Assembly (NCBI GenBank): GCA_002269645.1 | Contig: NIVC01001449.1 | Location: forward strand, 124,001-188,000 | Length of the DNA stretch: 64,000 bases | Source of the DNA: Macrostomum lignano | Taxonomy: Eukaryota | Direction: 5' to 3' | In this document: in pieces, positions 1 through 43,506 of the stretch | Position numbering within the stretch: position 1 is the stretch's first letter | How the letters are laid out: the number at the start of each line of letters is the position of its first letter | Program-made: the position numbers and the translations under genes | Notes under the pieces: generated by a model | The model's input: the letters and a program-made list of their open reading frames with translations, nothing else | What the model was told of the DNA's origin: nothing | Databases searched by the model: none

Positions 1-136
1 AAGAGGGAAACAATATTGTTTTAATACCGGTCTCTATGGACGTACGACACGTAGAGTTAATAGAGGCCAAGAACCCGCATTCCTGCAGTTTCTCTATTAT
101 TCAAACTCGTCGCTTTAAGAAAGGGTAAAGACGCAC

Positions 137-29827
<29,691 letters not shown>

Positions 29828-30189
29828 TGTCTCGCAGTTAAATTTACTTCGATCCTTTCAACAGAAGACGAATAGAAAGTATGGTTATTACAGGTGTGAT
29901 GTGCCTGCAATGGCGTATCCTCCTTGCCCCTCAGCCCTCTCAATTTAACGACAATTTAAGCGAGTCTGATCCGGAAATTTCCACCCTTATCCACCCGCCC
30001 CGTTGCCATGCCAACCCAATAATATTTAATCAGATGGGGAAATTCATCGTAGGCCACTTTGGGTAGGGAGGGGCTCTACGGGTTGGGGGGAGCAGAACTT
30101 CTGTCATTGTTTGGATGGCTCTGTGGTGCTTTTATTGTTTATTGCTTGCGCTGTGCTGCACTTTCTGCCCACGTTTCAGACGGCGACTA

Positions 30190-30600
30190 TCTAACAGTTA
30201 TATCCGTGTCTAACAGTTATATCCGTGTCTAACAGGTAGGTGTCGAACTATCAGTTATACACATGTCTAACAGGTTGGAGTCTATCTAACAGTTATGCTC
30301 GTGTCTAACAGTTATACCCGTGTCTAACAGGTAGGTGTCGAACTATCAGTTATACACATGTCTAACAGGTTGGTGTCTATCTAAAAGTTATACCCGCGTC
30401 TAACAGGTTGGTGTCAATCTAACACATTAACTTGTCTCAATCAGGTTGGCATGTATCTATCAGACATTTCTGCGTGTAACAGGTGGACGCCTATCTAACT
30501 GACATACTTGTACGCTGCTTAACAGGTTAGCACCAGTCTAACACACACAAAAATGTCTAACAGGTTTGGCACTTATGTAACAAATGCTGCGCATCTAAGA
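30190..30600. repeat. Degenerate TCTAACAG-based tandem repeat (~19-bp subunits)
   Basis: Alternating TCTAACAGTTATATCCGTG and TCTAACAGGTTGGTGTC variants. Confidence 0.7.
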
Positions 30601-31852
30601 GGTGGACGGTTAGGTGTCCAAAAAAATATTCTATCAAAATTTTGTCCTAGCACCACCCCAGCCTTCCATCCTTACAAACTGCCCAATAGTCAAGCGACAA
30701 ATAGTCTTAATTCAAGGGTTAATCCCTGGATAGTCTGAGGGAAAACATTTCCAACTCTAGTGGGATAACAGTTGACAAAAGTGAGCTGGAGACAGTGAAA
30801 GAGAGCCCCTTGAAGCCTGTTAAAAAATTCATTGCTTTTAATGCATGGCAGCTTCAGCAGGGGGCGCGGGCAGTGAGGAAGCCGCGGTCGGGCTCCACCA
30901 TGCCCGCAGCTGTTGATGCTGCAGGGGAGGTAAGCTATCAGGCTGGCTGCAAGGGGAGTCACGAGGGCAGCAGGTGCCGCCATATTAGGTGGGGGAGGGG
31001 GGCATGTTGCATCCACAGCAGACCTCATGGCCCACTCTATGGCGATGGCTCTGAGACTCTGAGACTGTTGTCCATCCTATCCAGCGCATGACTATATAGG
31101 ATAGTACGGAAGGCCCTTCACCTCTGGGGTAAGTGTCTATCGAAGTGCATTTTGAGTTCACAATAACATCCAAATATAGACCGGCCCAGTCTCTTAGCCA
31201 AAATGCCCTTATAATCCCTGCTAGCGCTATTGTTTCCTATAAGCGGCTGGATTGCTCCTGAACTTAAGTTTATGGTTGATTTCATGTCGAGACATGAGAT
31301 TTAGACCCGAGATAAACAAATAAAATTCATAAATGCCTTAGTATTGACCAAGCATTCATGTACCAGGCTTTGTTTTAAATATAATTAGTTGCCTAATTAG
31401 TGAATTAAATGCGTTATTTTCTGATTAACCAAGCTAAGAAACTCGACTCAATACTCGTCTCATAAGAACAATGAGAAAAAGCAGCGAATTGCATACATTG
31501 TTATGAGCATACTAGCTCAGAGGTAACACAGTATTGCGTATTCGATCTGCTGACAATATATAAAAGCTTCTTCTATCTATACTATTAATTCTAAACTTTC
31601 CATTTAGTATATGGTTCACAGTGACACTCAAATGACTGAAGCATGGATGAAGGAATACATGGTATATATTCCCCATTTATTTTGTTGTCTAGCGGGCAAA
31701 AGCAAGAGACACCGAGTGCTTTTGGCCCTAGACAGCTAAATGAGTGGGGAATATGATTTGTATCCCCCGTTCGTTGTCTATGGTTGTTGTCTCGAATTTA
31801 TCAGCCCGCGGGGCAGCGGGAAATAAATGATTTATTCACCTAGGGAAATAAA

Positions 31853-32107
31853 CAGTGGCGTAGGGAGGGGGGGGATCAGGGGGGATGTATCCCCCCCCGA
31901 AGAGCCTGACCAAAACTTTTTTGTTGCACTTTTTCGCTATACATGCTACCATGTGAGCACTTTTACCTTGGTGTATCCCCCCCCGTAGGAAATTCACCTT
32001 GGTTTATCCCCCCCCCCGTAGGAAATTCACTTTGGTTTATCCCCCTCCGTAGGAAATTCACCTTGGTTTATCCCCCCCCCCGTAGGAAATTCCTGGCTAC
32101 GCCCCTG
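31853..32107. mobile_element. hAT-type MITE (255 bp)
   Basis: TIRs CAGTGGCGTAG / CAGGGGCGTAG (rc); perfect 8-bp TSD GAAATAAA at 31845-31852 and 32108-32115; internal ~30-bp repeats CGTAGGAAATTCACCTTGGTTTATCCCCCC. Confidence 0.85.
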
Positions 32108-32549
32108 GAAATAAATGAAAACATGCGTCACATAGACACTCGCCCGGGGCAAAAGGGGGATACATGGATTGTTCATCTGAAATAATCTATGAATTTGGCT
32201 CCTCGAAATTTACCCCCGTATGAATTTCTATTGGTGGATTCCCCGTAGGATTTGACTTGCCATTGAGTCCAGTCTGTCAGATGCATCTTTGGATTTCCAG
32301 CTGCTACGTAGTCATTCTTGCAAGTAAGAGACAAATCCTGCGGGGGATTATTTTTCCAAGCTTCGAGGTGCTAAATTGACCATAGATTTATTTCAGATGA
32401 GCAATCCATAGTATAAGGATTGCTCGCATGCCAAACATCTCATTCGCCATGCCGCTCGCATTTCGTCAACGTTCTGGAAAGAGTGCAAGAATGCCATTCC
32501 TGCATGGAAAATCAGCCGACAACGTATCCCCCACTTGCCCCGGGCGAAC

Positions 32550-32742
32550 GTCTATGGTCTCAGTGTAAATTTCATTTATTTGCATCGGTGCAGATAAACG
32601 GTTTATTTCACTCGCCCAAAGACAATATTAAAACGCTGTTTCTAACTGCTCACTTGGCTACATAGAGAGAATTGTCTGAAACATTCACCGCATGTCTGAA
32701 TCTGCAGAATATGGTATAGAAATTCTGCTATAGACCATAGAC
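32550..32742. mobile_element. Possible short MITE
   Basis: 11-bp inverted ends GTCTATGGTCT...AGACCATAGAC; no clear TSD. Confidence 0.3.
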
Positions 32743-35700
32743 ATCAAGTAAATTTTTAAAAATTGTCTTAGCGTTCTTAAATATATTCTTTAAAAAATGC
32801 TTTCGTACCACGCTTATTGACCTGGGCTTCGCCTATTGCCTTAGCACTGGTATAAATGGGGAATATATACCAATTACCCCCACGGGCCCCGTACTACCGC
32901 TATTGGCTGATGAACTCCTTGCTATTCCTTCATCCATGGACTCAACAAATACGACTCTAGCTTCGCAATACGACTCATGTTAAGAATATTTACCGGTATA
33001 GTTTCTTTTCTTAAAAGAATACAAAGTGCTACAAGCCGCTGGCGGAAAATTAAATACTTCTAATCCCAATCGGCCTACATCTTAATTTTCATTTTCTTCT
33101 ACAAACGTAACAAAGAGGATGTGCATGCCTAATTTTATTAGAGGAGTTTGTTGCCGTCTATGTATTAAGCGTGACTAAACGTATTTTACTCATGTGATAA
33201 ACAGGCAATTAGATAATAGCATGCACGGTGAGCAATTATTTAGGCCCTAGACAAACCTACTTGGAGCGTTTGGAGATTTTAAAGCTATTAATCCTAATCG
33301 CCTATCGCCGGTCGGCGAGTCCTACCAGTCTTTCTCCAATAGCCGCAGGTACAGTACAAGAAAATAAAGAACACGAAGGAACACAAACCGAAAGATTTAG
33401 AGAGTGATAATCCTATGTGATACAACTGATAATTGGCTAGACGATTTAATTTGATTACTTCAAGTTACAAGATTCAAGCAATTCGCGGCGCAGATAATTA
33501 GACTGATGATAACGAATAGTAACGATTAATAATAATGATTATATTACGCACTGACAAGCGGATCTCAGCTTGAAGAAGAAGAAGGAGGCACCGAACACAG
33601 GACCACGGAGAAGACTCCTAACCCCTGGCCTAAGCCAGAACCTACACTCAAACGAGAGCCCTGCCGAATCGACCGTTCAACGGAGTACCGACTAAGTTCT
33701 ATCGGCACTGCCCTTCAGTGTAACACTGAGGCCCTCGGGGTCGAGGCCGCGTACTTGATCAGATCCGACAGTCTCTATCTAACCGCGCTTGATAGCGACG
33801 ACTTCAGACAAGGATGCCGAATCGTTCCGCTATAAGACTAAAGCGGTTGGGCGGGGAACAAAACACGGACCGGGGTGATGAATTCAGGCGCCTCAACGCG
33901 CAAACCAAGGGGAAACAGCTAGGCCACCGGCCGGGAAGCAAGACAAGACAAAACCGGGGAAAGAGAGGAGAGAAATGAGATCCGATTGCCAAATACACTT
34001 TCATATATAGTCAGAGTCACAACCCCTCAAAACCCCCTCAAGCCGGGTGGTGGTCGTCTGGCCGGCCGCTTGCTTAAGCCGAATTGCGCCGTGCCCGCGG
34101 CGCCGGGTAGAATTGAAACTTGCCGCGTGCCAGGGTCCAGGCCGGTTCTGATTGGCTGACCGCACAAAGCTGGGGTTCGCAGACAAAACTCAACCCTCTG
34201 CTGAGTCACAAAATTGGCGTCTGACTTCTAGCCTGTTTACGCAAAATAAGCTCTAACTAACAAGAAAAAGTACACCAAAAACGTATGACTAAACTAAAGC
34301 AAAATAACAATTCAATAACAATATAGAAACTAATACAGTCAATTTACAACAAAATACACGCAAAGATGCTCACACTACACTCAGGTCAGCGGAGTGGTTT
34401 GCTGCGGATTGACTACAGTAGGACCACTGTAGTAACAAGTCGTAAAACTTGAATTGATCGTATAATTTTTTGATTTGATGGGTTCGGCCTTTTTAAGCCT
34501 GTAGCTTCGGGCCTCAGAACTCAGAAATGAATCACTTAAAGCTCTGGCCTCTCACTCCTGTCAGATGGTCAGCCCCGTGGTAGCAAGATTGTGGGCGAGC
34601 AGCAAAGGTCCTATAGCTAAGAGAAGACAGCGAGAGACAAGTAGGAAGAATTCGAAAGGTAGAGATTAGCTAATCCACAGATTAACCAACCCGCTGCCAC
34701 CAGTCCGTGCGCCCCGGCTCACCAAACCGGAGCTATCGAAATCGGACTTCCGACTAGAGGGGCACTGCACTTACCTGCCATTTAGTGTCCTTTAGCTGTC
34801 TATCTCGAAGTCATAGCCGAATAGAAGGGACGCTGCTGGGACTAAGATCGCATTGGCCATGCAGGGACAGAGAGGACTTTTGCAGGGGGTTCTTGCGCTG
34901 GCGAGCCTTTATACACTACTAAATGTACTATTTCATTACCGAATTCCCAGAAGTAAATGTACAAGTACACGTAACTGCACACCTTTGGCACTAAATGTGT
35001 TAATGCGTCGACATATAGCGATGATGTAGGTGTATTGTCGCCTTTGGAGATCTTTAGACTAACATTTTACTCGGTTTCGCCGCTTAGCACGAGACTGCAC
35101 GAGAGTACCAGTCTGGCACTTAGTTTGCATGCTCATCATGATTGCTGAGATCGACTGACTGGGAACTGTGCCGCTTCCGGTCCACTGCGACCTCTACCCC
35201 TAGATTTCGCCGCTCATCTCAGCTGGCATTGCGAAAAAGAAAGAAAACACTAAGCCTTTAACTTCCAGATTTAACTTTCTCACTTATCCGCAATCCCAAA
35301 CGCCTTAGATTGAGTTAGAGCGAATGGTTACTTTTAGTATTAAATGAAACTTCTGCCTTGAGTTTGGCACACAAAAAGCAAGAATGCAAAAGTGCAAATC
35401 CTATCAGACTACCTAGGAAGGGGTCAGACAAAGGGCGCACCCAGTTAAGCAGGTCAAGAAAGCCTCTCACCCAACCAATCAGAGGACCTATCTGCCGGTA
35501 GCCAAGGATTCCAGAGACCGAAGCGCTCGGACGGGATGCTGATGCTGATCCTAACTGACGAGTGCCGCCGTTACTCTTCACTTGAGTTGCTGTTGCTGAT
35601 CTTAGGGCGCAGGCCGTGGGGAAGGGGGATCACGAGTGACCTCGGCCGAAGGACGAGCGTTGGAGAGAGCTCCGCCCCAAAAAGTCCAAGATTGCCAGGG

Positions 35701-36533
35701 ACCAAAAAGCGGGTAGCTCCCAAAAAGGAGACCTGTCGAGCGCGGGCCGACATGCCGCCTTTTATAGATCTCACGCGGCCGGTTTGTTATAACGAGCGCC
35801 GAATTTCCTATTGGATGAGAGCCTTTATTAAAATCGGCGCCGAATTTTCTGATTGGTCGAGCCGGGGACAGTCAGGTCGACTCTGATTGGCTGAGCTCAA
35901 GACCCCAAAACCCACCCCACCAGGTGGCCTTTGGACTCCAGGGAAGTTGACAGGCGCGGTCATAAATCATGAGACAAACCGAATAAAAGTCACTTGTCTA
36001 GACATCCTGGCGCCGAAAGTGACTGCAAAAGCCCATAAATCAAAGGAGAAGGTAATAGAGCGAGTGGGGAGGAAGCTGAAAAGACCTTTGAGCCAGACAG
36101 GCTGGAGCCAAAAGTGACAGCTAGACCGTCATAAGTCACCAAAAATAGAGAAAAAGTCACAAATTAGGGGGTCAGAATGAGATTAAAAACAATTCCTCCC
36201 AGACTTAGTGTCACCTTTCTAGACTGTTAGAGGTCAAACCACCTCAGACCCGGATAACCTGACCTTCAGAGATGCACAAACAACCCAAAATTAGAATCCT
36301 AAGGGAAGTCTCTGAGTATCTAACATAATTAATAGTAATGTCATAAATTAGTATAGAACTCAGCCTAGATGAGAGAATAGAGAGAAAATCCTAAGCTAGC
36401 CTACTGACAGTAGGGGAAAAAGCGCATCGAAGCAAAATGTGTGGTTTTAAGATTGAAAAAAGATGCGTCCTTATCAGATTGCAGAAAAAATTAAAAAGTT
36501 ATTTGCAGGAAAAAATTCACTGCAGACTCAGAG

Positions 36534-39500
36534 ATGGGTATATCTCTCACCCCGCTTGTAATGATATTTCGTAAGTTCGTTCCTTCCTTATCGATTTGAT
36601 ACCCCAGACTGTACAGTCGTTTATAATATATACATACATGTTAGAGTTTTTGTGTGTTCATTGATCAACAGCAACAACAAAAATTCGTCTATTTTTATAT
36701 ATTTGATATCATTGATAAAATACGTCGTATACCCTGACGTCGGCTTTTATGGGTTGAAACGAATTGATTTTCGCAATCAATGTTGATTTTAAGCTTCATT
36801 TAAAATTACTTTCTGATAAAAAAAATCAACCAGCCTGTATTATCGTGCTTTGTTAATTCGGCTGCAAGAGTATTTATTTAAACGCGTCAAATTGACCAGA
36901 AATCATAGAAATAGGTAGCTTGAAGGGTCAGTGGTCAACGTCTTTATATTGTAGCTTTTTTATACAAACCTCATTCTGTAACTCATTCACATAACAACCT
37001 TTATGGCTGGAAGAAGTAAGTAGCTACTCTTCAATGCTAAAAACTATTACCTATTCAAATCAAGATAAATAAGTAGGTAGGACTAGATTTTAGTTTAAGT
37101 GCGACGTGCGAGTAGACGTAGACCAAACCCTAAACTTAATTGTTAGCTGTACAATTTTATTTCTATAAGATAAAAAGTGTACAAGCTTGCCATAAAACAG
37201 CAGTAAATTTTAGAAGTCTATTGCTTTCCAATGTTAAGAAATGCATAACATAGAAAAGAATCTTTTTCTTAATCAAAGAAACATTATTGGTGTTTTATTT
37301 ACACTAGTTTTTATCATATTTTAGTATCACTATCATTATGCTATTACGTACTAGACCGATCATAGCTTAGGAAATGGGGAATTGGTTATGAAACTGAGAA
37401 AACATATTATGAGATATATTTAGCATTAATACTTTTAATTCAGGAGTAGAATAGCAGGAGAGAAAGGAATACATTGAAAACCAAGAATTTCAACTAAAAA
37501 TTATAGCAAAATACAATAATACAATAAAAATAACAATAGAATAAAATACATAAAAGTAATAATGCAATTTTTGCTTGCAACTCTAGTAGTATTAGCTATG
37601 ATTTAATGTTAGTATATTCAAAATATAAAACTACCTAATTATTAGCATTTAATAATTGCCTAGCCCTGAATAATATTTTCTCCAAAATTTTGTTTTATTT
37701 AAATATAAATTTTAACCATTTGACCATTGACAATTTTAGACATCAGTAATGCCAGTTCATCAGAAATCTTGGACGACTCTGAGCTATTGTTAGACATACA
37801 AGATGATGACAAAAAGCAGCTATTGAAGTTTTTGTATTGTCACAAATGCTCTGACCTGGCTACAGATGCTGTAGACACATTGTGCTGTCATGTACTTTTA
37901 TGCCAGGCTTGCTTGGATCTATTGGAGAAGGTATATTGGAGTCTACTTTTTTACTTGACCATTTTAATTTCTATCTAAATTCAAGTCCTACAGAAATTAA
38001 AGTAGAACTTTTACTACCTACATGTAATATAAAAAATATAGTTTATTATAATTAGATCCTAGTAACCAAGAGGCTGTTAGAAACACATAGGCTCCTAGCA
38101 ACTAAGAAATGTACAACTGGCCCCTAGCAACTAAGAAATGTACAGCTGGCCCCTAGCAACCAAGAAATATGCAACAGTCCCCTAGCAACCAAAAAATGTA
38201 CAGCAGCCCCCCAGCAACCTAAGAAATGTACAGCAGCCCCCTAGCAACCAAGAAATGTACAACCACCCTAGCAACCAAGAAATGTACAACAGCCCCCTAG
38301 CAACCAGTAAACTCGCACAGCAACTGGTCATCACCCGGCAGGTGTGCCCAGACTGCGGCCGCAGCTGCAGCGGCTCGCCCAACCACCTCGCCAGGCGGCT
38401 CATTGGCTGTCAGCCGTGGCGCTGTCGTCACTGTGGCGCCGAGGGCAGCCGGTCGGACGAGGCAGACCACCGGCGCCTCTGCCCGGCGCAGCCGCGCCAA
38501 TGCCCGGCGCCAGGCTGTCAATTTGCCGGAGCGCCGGACGAATTTTTGGCGCACCTAACGGAGCGCCACGCGGCGCAGTTGTTGCGCAAATCGGCGCTAC
38601 TATTTAGCGCCCGGGCGGCGCCTGAGAGGCAGGGCACCGTTCAGCCGGTGTCTTCACGGAGACTTCGAATGCCCGGACTCATGTTCTCTGCTGCCGGACT
38701 GTCCCGCGATCCGTCCAGGTGGGTGAGAGATGGGTGAGATGGGTGAGAAATGGGTGAGATATGAGTGAGATGAGTAGGAGATGAGTGAGATGGGTGAGAG
38801 ATGAGAGAGATGAGTAGGAGATGAGTGAGATAGGTAAGAGATGAGAGAGATGGGTGAGATATGAGTGAGATGGGTGAGAGATGGGTGAAATGGGTAAGAG
38901 ATGAGTGAAATGGGTGAGAGATGAGTGAGATGGGTACGAGATGAGTGAGATGGGTAAGAGATGAGTGATATGGGTCAGAGATGAGTGAAATGGGTCAGAG
39001 ATCAGTGAGATGGGTCAGAGATGAGTGAGATGGGTCAGAGGATTGAGAGAGATGGCTGAGTTGCCATTTTAACTACTGTTTATCAGTAGTAAGTTTGGGA
39101 TCACTTCGGCAAACTCATTCCGAGTGTTGGATTACCTAAATGATTTTCCTTTGAACAAGCAGTTAGGCTTTCTTATGCCACTGTATCATGCGGTGTTGTC
39201 TAGTTTGAAGGCTTTGTAACTTTATTGACGGACAATTGTAAAAAACACAAACAAGAACCCCAAAGCACTGAATTGACAGTTTTTTTTAATTCTGATTTTT
39301 AGAACTTCTTTGAATACAAATAACTTTAGATAGATCAGAGTCATTATTAAACGAAGCTGCTATTTAAAAAGTCAAGCAAGACGAATAGCAACGCATTAAT
39401 GTAAATTCATGCCTGATGTCTGATTTCATAAAAGTATTTAAGGCTTCAAACTTTAGTCTTTACAAAAAAGCATTAGTGAGCTTGTTGAGTAGTGTCAGTA

Positions 39501-40964
39501 ACCAGCTCTGACACCAAGCACACCTGACATACCCAAGCACACCTGACATACCCAAGCACACCTGACATACCCAAGCACACCTGACATACCCAAGCACACC
39601 TGACATACCCAAGCACACCTGACATACCCAAGTACACCTGACATACGTAAACACACCTGACATACCTAAGCACACCTGACATAAGTAAACACACCTGACA
39701 TACTTAAACACACCTGACTTACCCAAGCACACCTGACATACGTAAACACAGCTGACATACGCAAGCACACCTGACATACTTAAACACACCTGACATACGT
39801 AAACACACCTGACATACGTAAACACACCTGACATACTTAAACACATCTGACATACCCAAGCACACCTGACATACGTAAACACACCTGACATACTTAAACA
39901 CACCTGACATACGTAAACACACCTGACATACCTAAGCACACCTGACATAAGTAAACACACCTGACATACTTAAACACACCTGACTTACCCAAGCACACCT
40001 GACATACGTAAACACAGCTGACATACGCAAGCACACCTGACATACTTAAACACACCTGACATACGTAAACACACCTGACATACGTAAACACACCTGACAT
40101 ACTTAAACACACCTGACATACCCAAGCACACCTGACATACGTAAACACACCTGACATACTTAAACACACCTGACATACTTAAACACACCTGACATACCCA
40201 AGCACACCTGACATACGTAAACACACCTGACATACTTAAACACACCTGACATACCCAAGCACACCTGACATACCCAAGCACACCTGACATACCCAAGCAC
40301 ACCTGACATACCCAAGCACACCTGACATACGTAAACACACCTGACATACCTAAGCACACCTGACATACGTAAACACACCTGACATACCCAAGCACACCTG
40401 ACATACGTAAACACACCTGACATACCCAAGCACACCTGACATACCCAAGCACACCTGACATACCCAAGCACACCTGACATACCCAAGCACACCTGACATA
40501 CCCAAGCACACCTGACATACCCAAGCACACCTGACATACCCAAGCACACCTGACAGACCATCTCAAAGTTGCTGTTTCAGCTTCCCAAAACCGCGATCCC
40601 TCAGACGGCCGACCAGTCACACTGGCAAGAACTATTGCGTCAGACCGCTGAACGGCCCAGCCTGCGACTGCTGCGACGGCATCTGCGGCCCCAACAACGG
40701 CTGCAACTGCTGCGACTGCATGCGCGCCGACCTGACGACCTTCGGCCTGCGACCCGGCGAGCACGCGCTCGTCAACCGCGAAGGCGTCATCGCTCGGGTC
40801 GGCCAAGAGACCGGCCGGTTCTACTGCGGCCGGCCCAACATGGCGCACGACCCGCCACTGACGGCTTCTGCGGCCCCAACAACGGCAACAACTGCCACGC
40901 CTGCCACCAGCTGGACAGGCAGGCCCAGGGCCGCTACGCCGACATTGTCAGGGAGTGGGCTTGA
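36534..40964 (+). CDS. RING-HC E3 ubiquitin ligase-like protein with SINA/TRAF-type zinc fingers and two C-terminal Cys-rich DGxCGPNNGxNC repeats
   Basis: Exons 37740-37930 (YCHKC..TLCCHVLLCQAC), 38342-38718 (VCPDC; CRHC..H..LC; CPAPGC..HLTERH) and 40581-40964 are phase-consistent; 1-nt frameshift near 40853; the start exon ATGG|GTATAT at 36534-36537 is tentative. Confidence 0.75.
38095..38306. repeat. 29-bp intronic minisatellite, about 7 copies
   Basis: Unit approximately CCTAGCAAC(T/C)AAGAAATGTACAGCAGCC. Confidence 0.9.
38722..39060. repeat. Purine-rich GATG(G/A)GTGAGA-type tandem repeat
   Basis: Starts immediately after the exon 3 donor. Confidence 0.85.
39513..40557. repeat. 20-bp minisatellite, about 52 copies
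   Basis: Unit CACACCTGACATAC(CCAAG/GTAAA/TTAAA)C; source of the MSGVLGYVRC-repeat ORFs. Confidence 0.97.
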
Positions 40965-41074
40965 GGGACTGGAACACCCACTGAGCACACTAAACTCGAC
41001 TGACTGCTTCTGATTGATTCTCTTATTGATTGATTTATAGGCTCCATTCAGACTTCACGTCTCTAATCCTCTCC

Positions 41075-41570
41075 CTATCATCCCCCATCATCTCCCCATC
41101 ACCTCCCCATCACCTCCCCATCACCTCTCCATAACCTCTCCATCACCTCCCCATCACCTCTCCATCACCTCCCCATCACCTCCCCATCACCTCTCCATCA
41201 CATCCCCATCGTCTCCCCATCACCTCTCCATCACATCCCCATCATCTCCCCATCACCTCTCCATCACATCCCCATCGTCTCCCCATCACCTCTCCATCAC
41301 ATCCCCATCATCTCCCCATCACCTCCCCATCACCTCTCCATCACATCCCCATCATCTCCCCATCACCTCTCCATCACCCCATCATCTCCCCTTCACCTCC
41401 TCATCACCTCTCCATCACATCCCCATCATCTCCCCTTCACCTCCTCATCACCTCCCCATCACTTCCCCATCACTTCCCCACGCTCTCTCCATCAGCTCCC
41501 ATATTCTCCCATCATCTACTCATCATCTTCTATCATTTCATCATTGTCTCCCCATCATCTCCCCACCCTC
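41075..41570. repeat. CATCACCTC(C/T)CC degenerate tandem repeat
   Basis: Pyrimidine-rich 11-13-bp subunits downstream of the RING gene. Confidence 0.85.
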
Positions 41571-43506
41571 TCCCAGTCTTCTCCTCAGCATCATATTGCC
41601 ACAGCCACGACTCCTTTCTTACTACCTCGCATATTTCAGTCGCTCTCCTTTACCTACCAATTTTGATTCGCTGCTGTCTGGGTAGCAATTTGAATTTCTC
41701 TGTGAAATACTTGATCACTCAACTTTTGTAACTGAATTCTTTAAATACATTTTTATAAATTTATTCAAAACCCTATCAGGTACTGGCGTCAATAAATTAT
41801 TAATCAGCTCATTTCTATAAAAAAGTTTTTTTAATTAAGAAACCAGTATAAGGTCAAATAGGGTCAGACCACGGATTTGTGTATTTGTAGATCTATGCTG
41901 ATGTGATACGGATGTTCTGCAGATCTTCTCGACTCAAGCTCGACTCAGCCAGCCGTGTGACAGGTAGAAATTATCTCTTAGCTTAGCTCAGCAAAGCTGC
42001 ACACACACACACACACACACACGTCACACCCGAGATAGACTCTCGATCGGCCTTTTCTTATATATAAATATTGGGGGGCCGTTTGTCTTCCGCCACGGCT
42101 CCATCCGGCAGCAGACTTGGGCCTGCCTGTTGGTCTGCATGGTGCCAAGATAATGAGAGCTGCCACCAGCCAGGAGTTGAATGGCTTGGGTATTCTGGGC
42201 TTTGGCAGTGTGGAGAGGGGGGGGGCGCTTGAGGGCCCCAAATTCAATTTCCTGAGCCAGGGGAGCAGCGGCAGGCGATTCAGTATTCATTTATAAGCCG
42301 CTTTGGAGGCCTCTTGAACTGGCGATCAATGCCCGCGCTTATTCAATTCAATCCGCCAGATATTGTTGAATAGCCCTGTCAGGCCTTTCGTTTACCTGAG
42401 CTGTTGCCATAGTAACTCCAATTATAATTCCTTGGGCTCGGCCTTGCAGTCGTTGGCGTCAGTCTGGGCCCGTTATGGCGGCGCGGCTCAATCGACCCGA
42501 GAGTATCGGCTGCTGTCGGCTTCTTTGTTGATCTGACTGACGTCTGCCGCCTCTTTGGCTAGTTCTGTCCTCTTTCGAAGTTTGAGAGGCTTGATGTCGA
42601 CTTTACTCTGCTTTTCAGCTCCAATTTCTTGACGTCTTTTTTATCGGGGAGGAGAGCTCAACTTTGAGTTCTAACCTCTGGAAGTTTTTCGTTTTTTAGT
42701 TTGAAAATTCTTAACGGCTACTTCGGGTAAAAATGGGTGATCGCGGGAAGGCTGCGGCTACCCTGTCCATCCGCTGCCCTGCCTGCTGAGCACATTCACT
42801 CAGCAACATTGAAAAGTCGCCCCTCTATGCGCCAGTGAGCAATTCTAAAATAAAAGATACGAGAAAATTGAGGGGTAGCTTTAATCCGTCCAAACCTTGC
42901 ACACCGCTCCCCCAACTTCATTCCTCAACTTAAGTCTGTCGCGTGGTGTAGCTAAGTTGCGTCACTCGCAAGATTGAGAGACTTTACCTGCACTCTCAAT
43001 AGTGGCGACCACAGATAAAATCTTCTGTGATGGCGACAAATTTCAATGTTGCTAAGTATACAAGTGCGTCATGCAATATTGTATCATTCTGAGGCATCGC
43101 ATAAAGGCTCAGAAGAATATGCTCATAAAAGGCAACTTTGAGAGTTCATAAATACATGCTTAGGAACCAGCTGCATTAATTTAAATTGTGGATGCCTGCA
43201 CTTCTGAATCATTCATGGCCGCTCCATCGCTGGCCTGAGCGGCGCTTCCAATAAAAATTCAATGGCCATTTGACACCATTGAGAAGCCGAGAGGCTGCGG
43301 CCTGCCTCATTGGTCGATCGGGCTGCGGACCCGTTCTTACTAAAATTGGAGTCAGCCGACTTGAGTTCATCGCTTTCCCAGCCCATCCCGGATAATAGCT
43401 GAGCAATCCACCCATCGGGAGCTTCTGTGGCAACATAACTTTAGCTATCATAGCACCCGTGTAGGCATAAATCGAATTCCAAGTGTCTATTTATTAGTTC
43501 CGGACA

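Noticed and set aside
39985-40848. Ala-rich 287-aa minus-strand ORF
   Set aside because: Antisense of the GC-rich last exon of the RING gene plus the 20-mer array.
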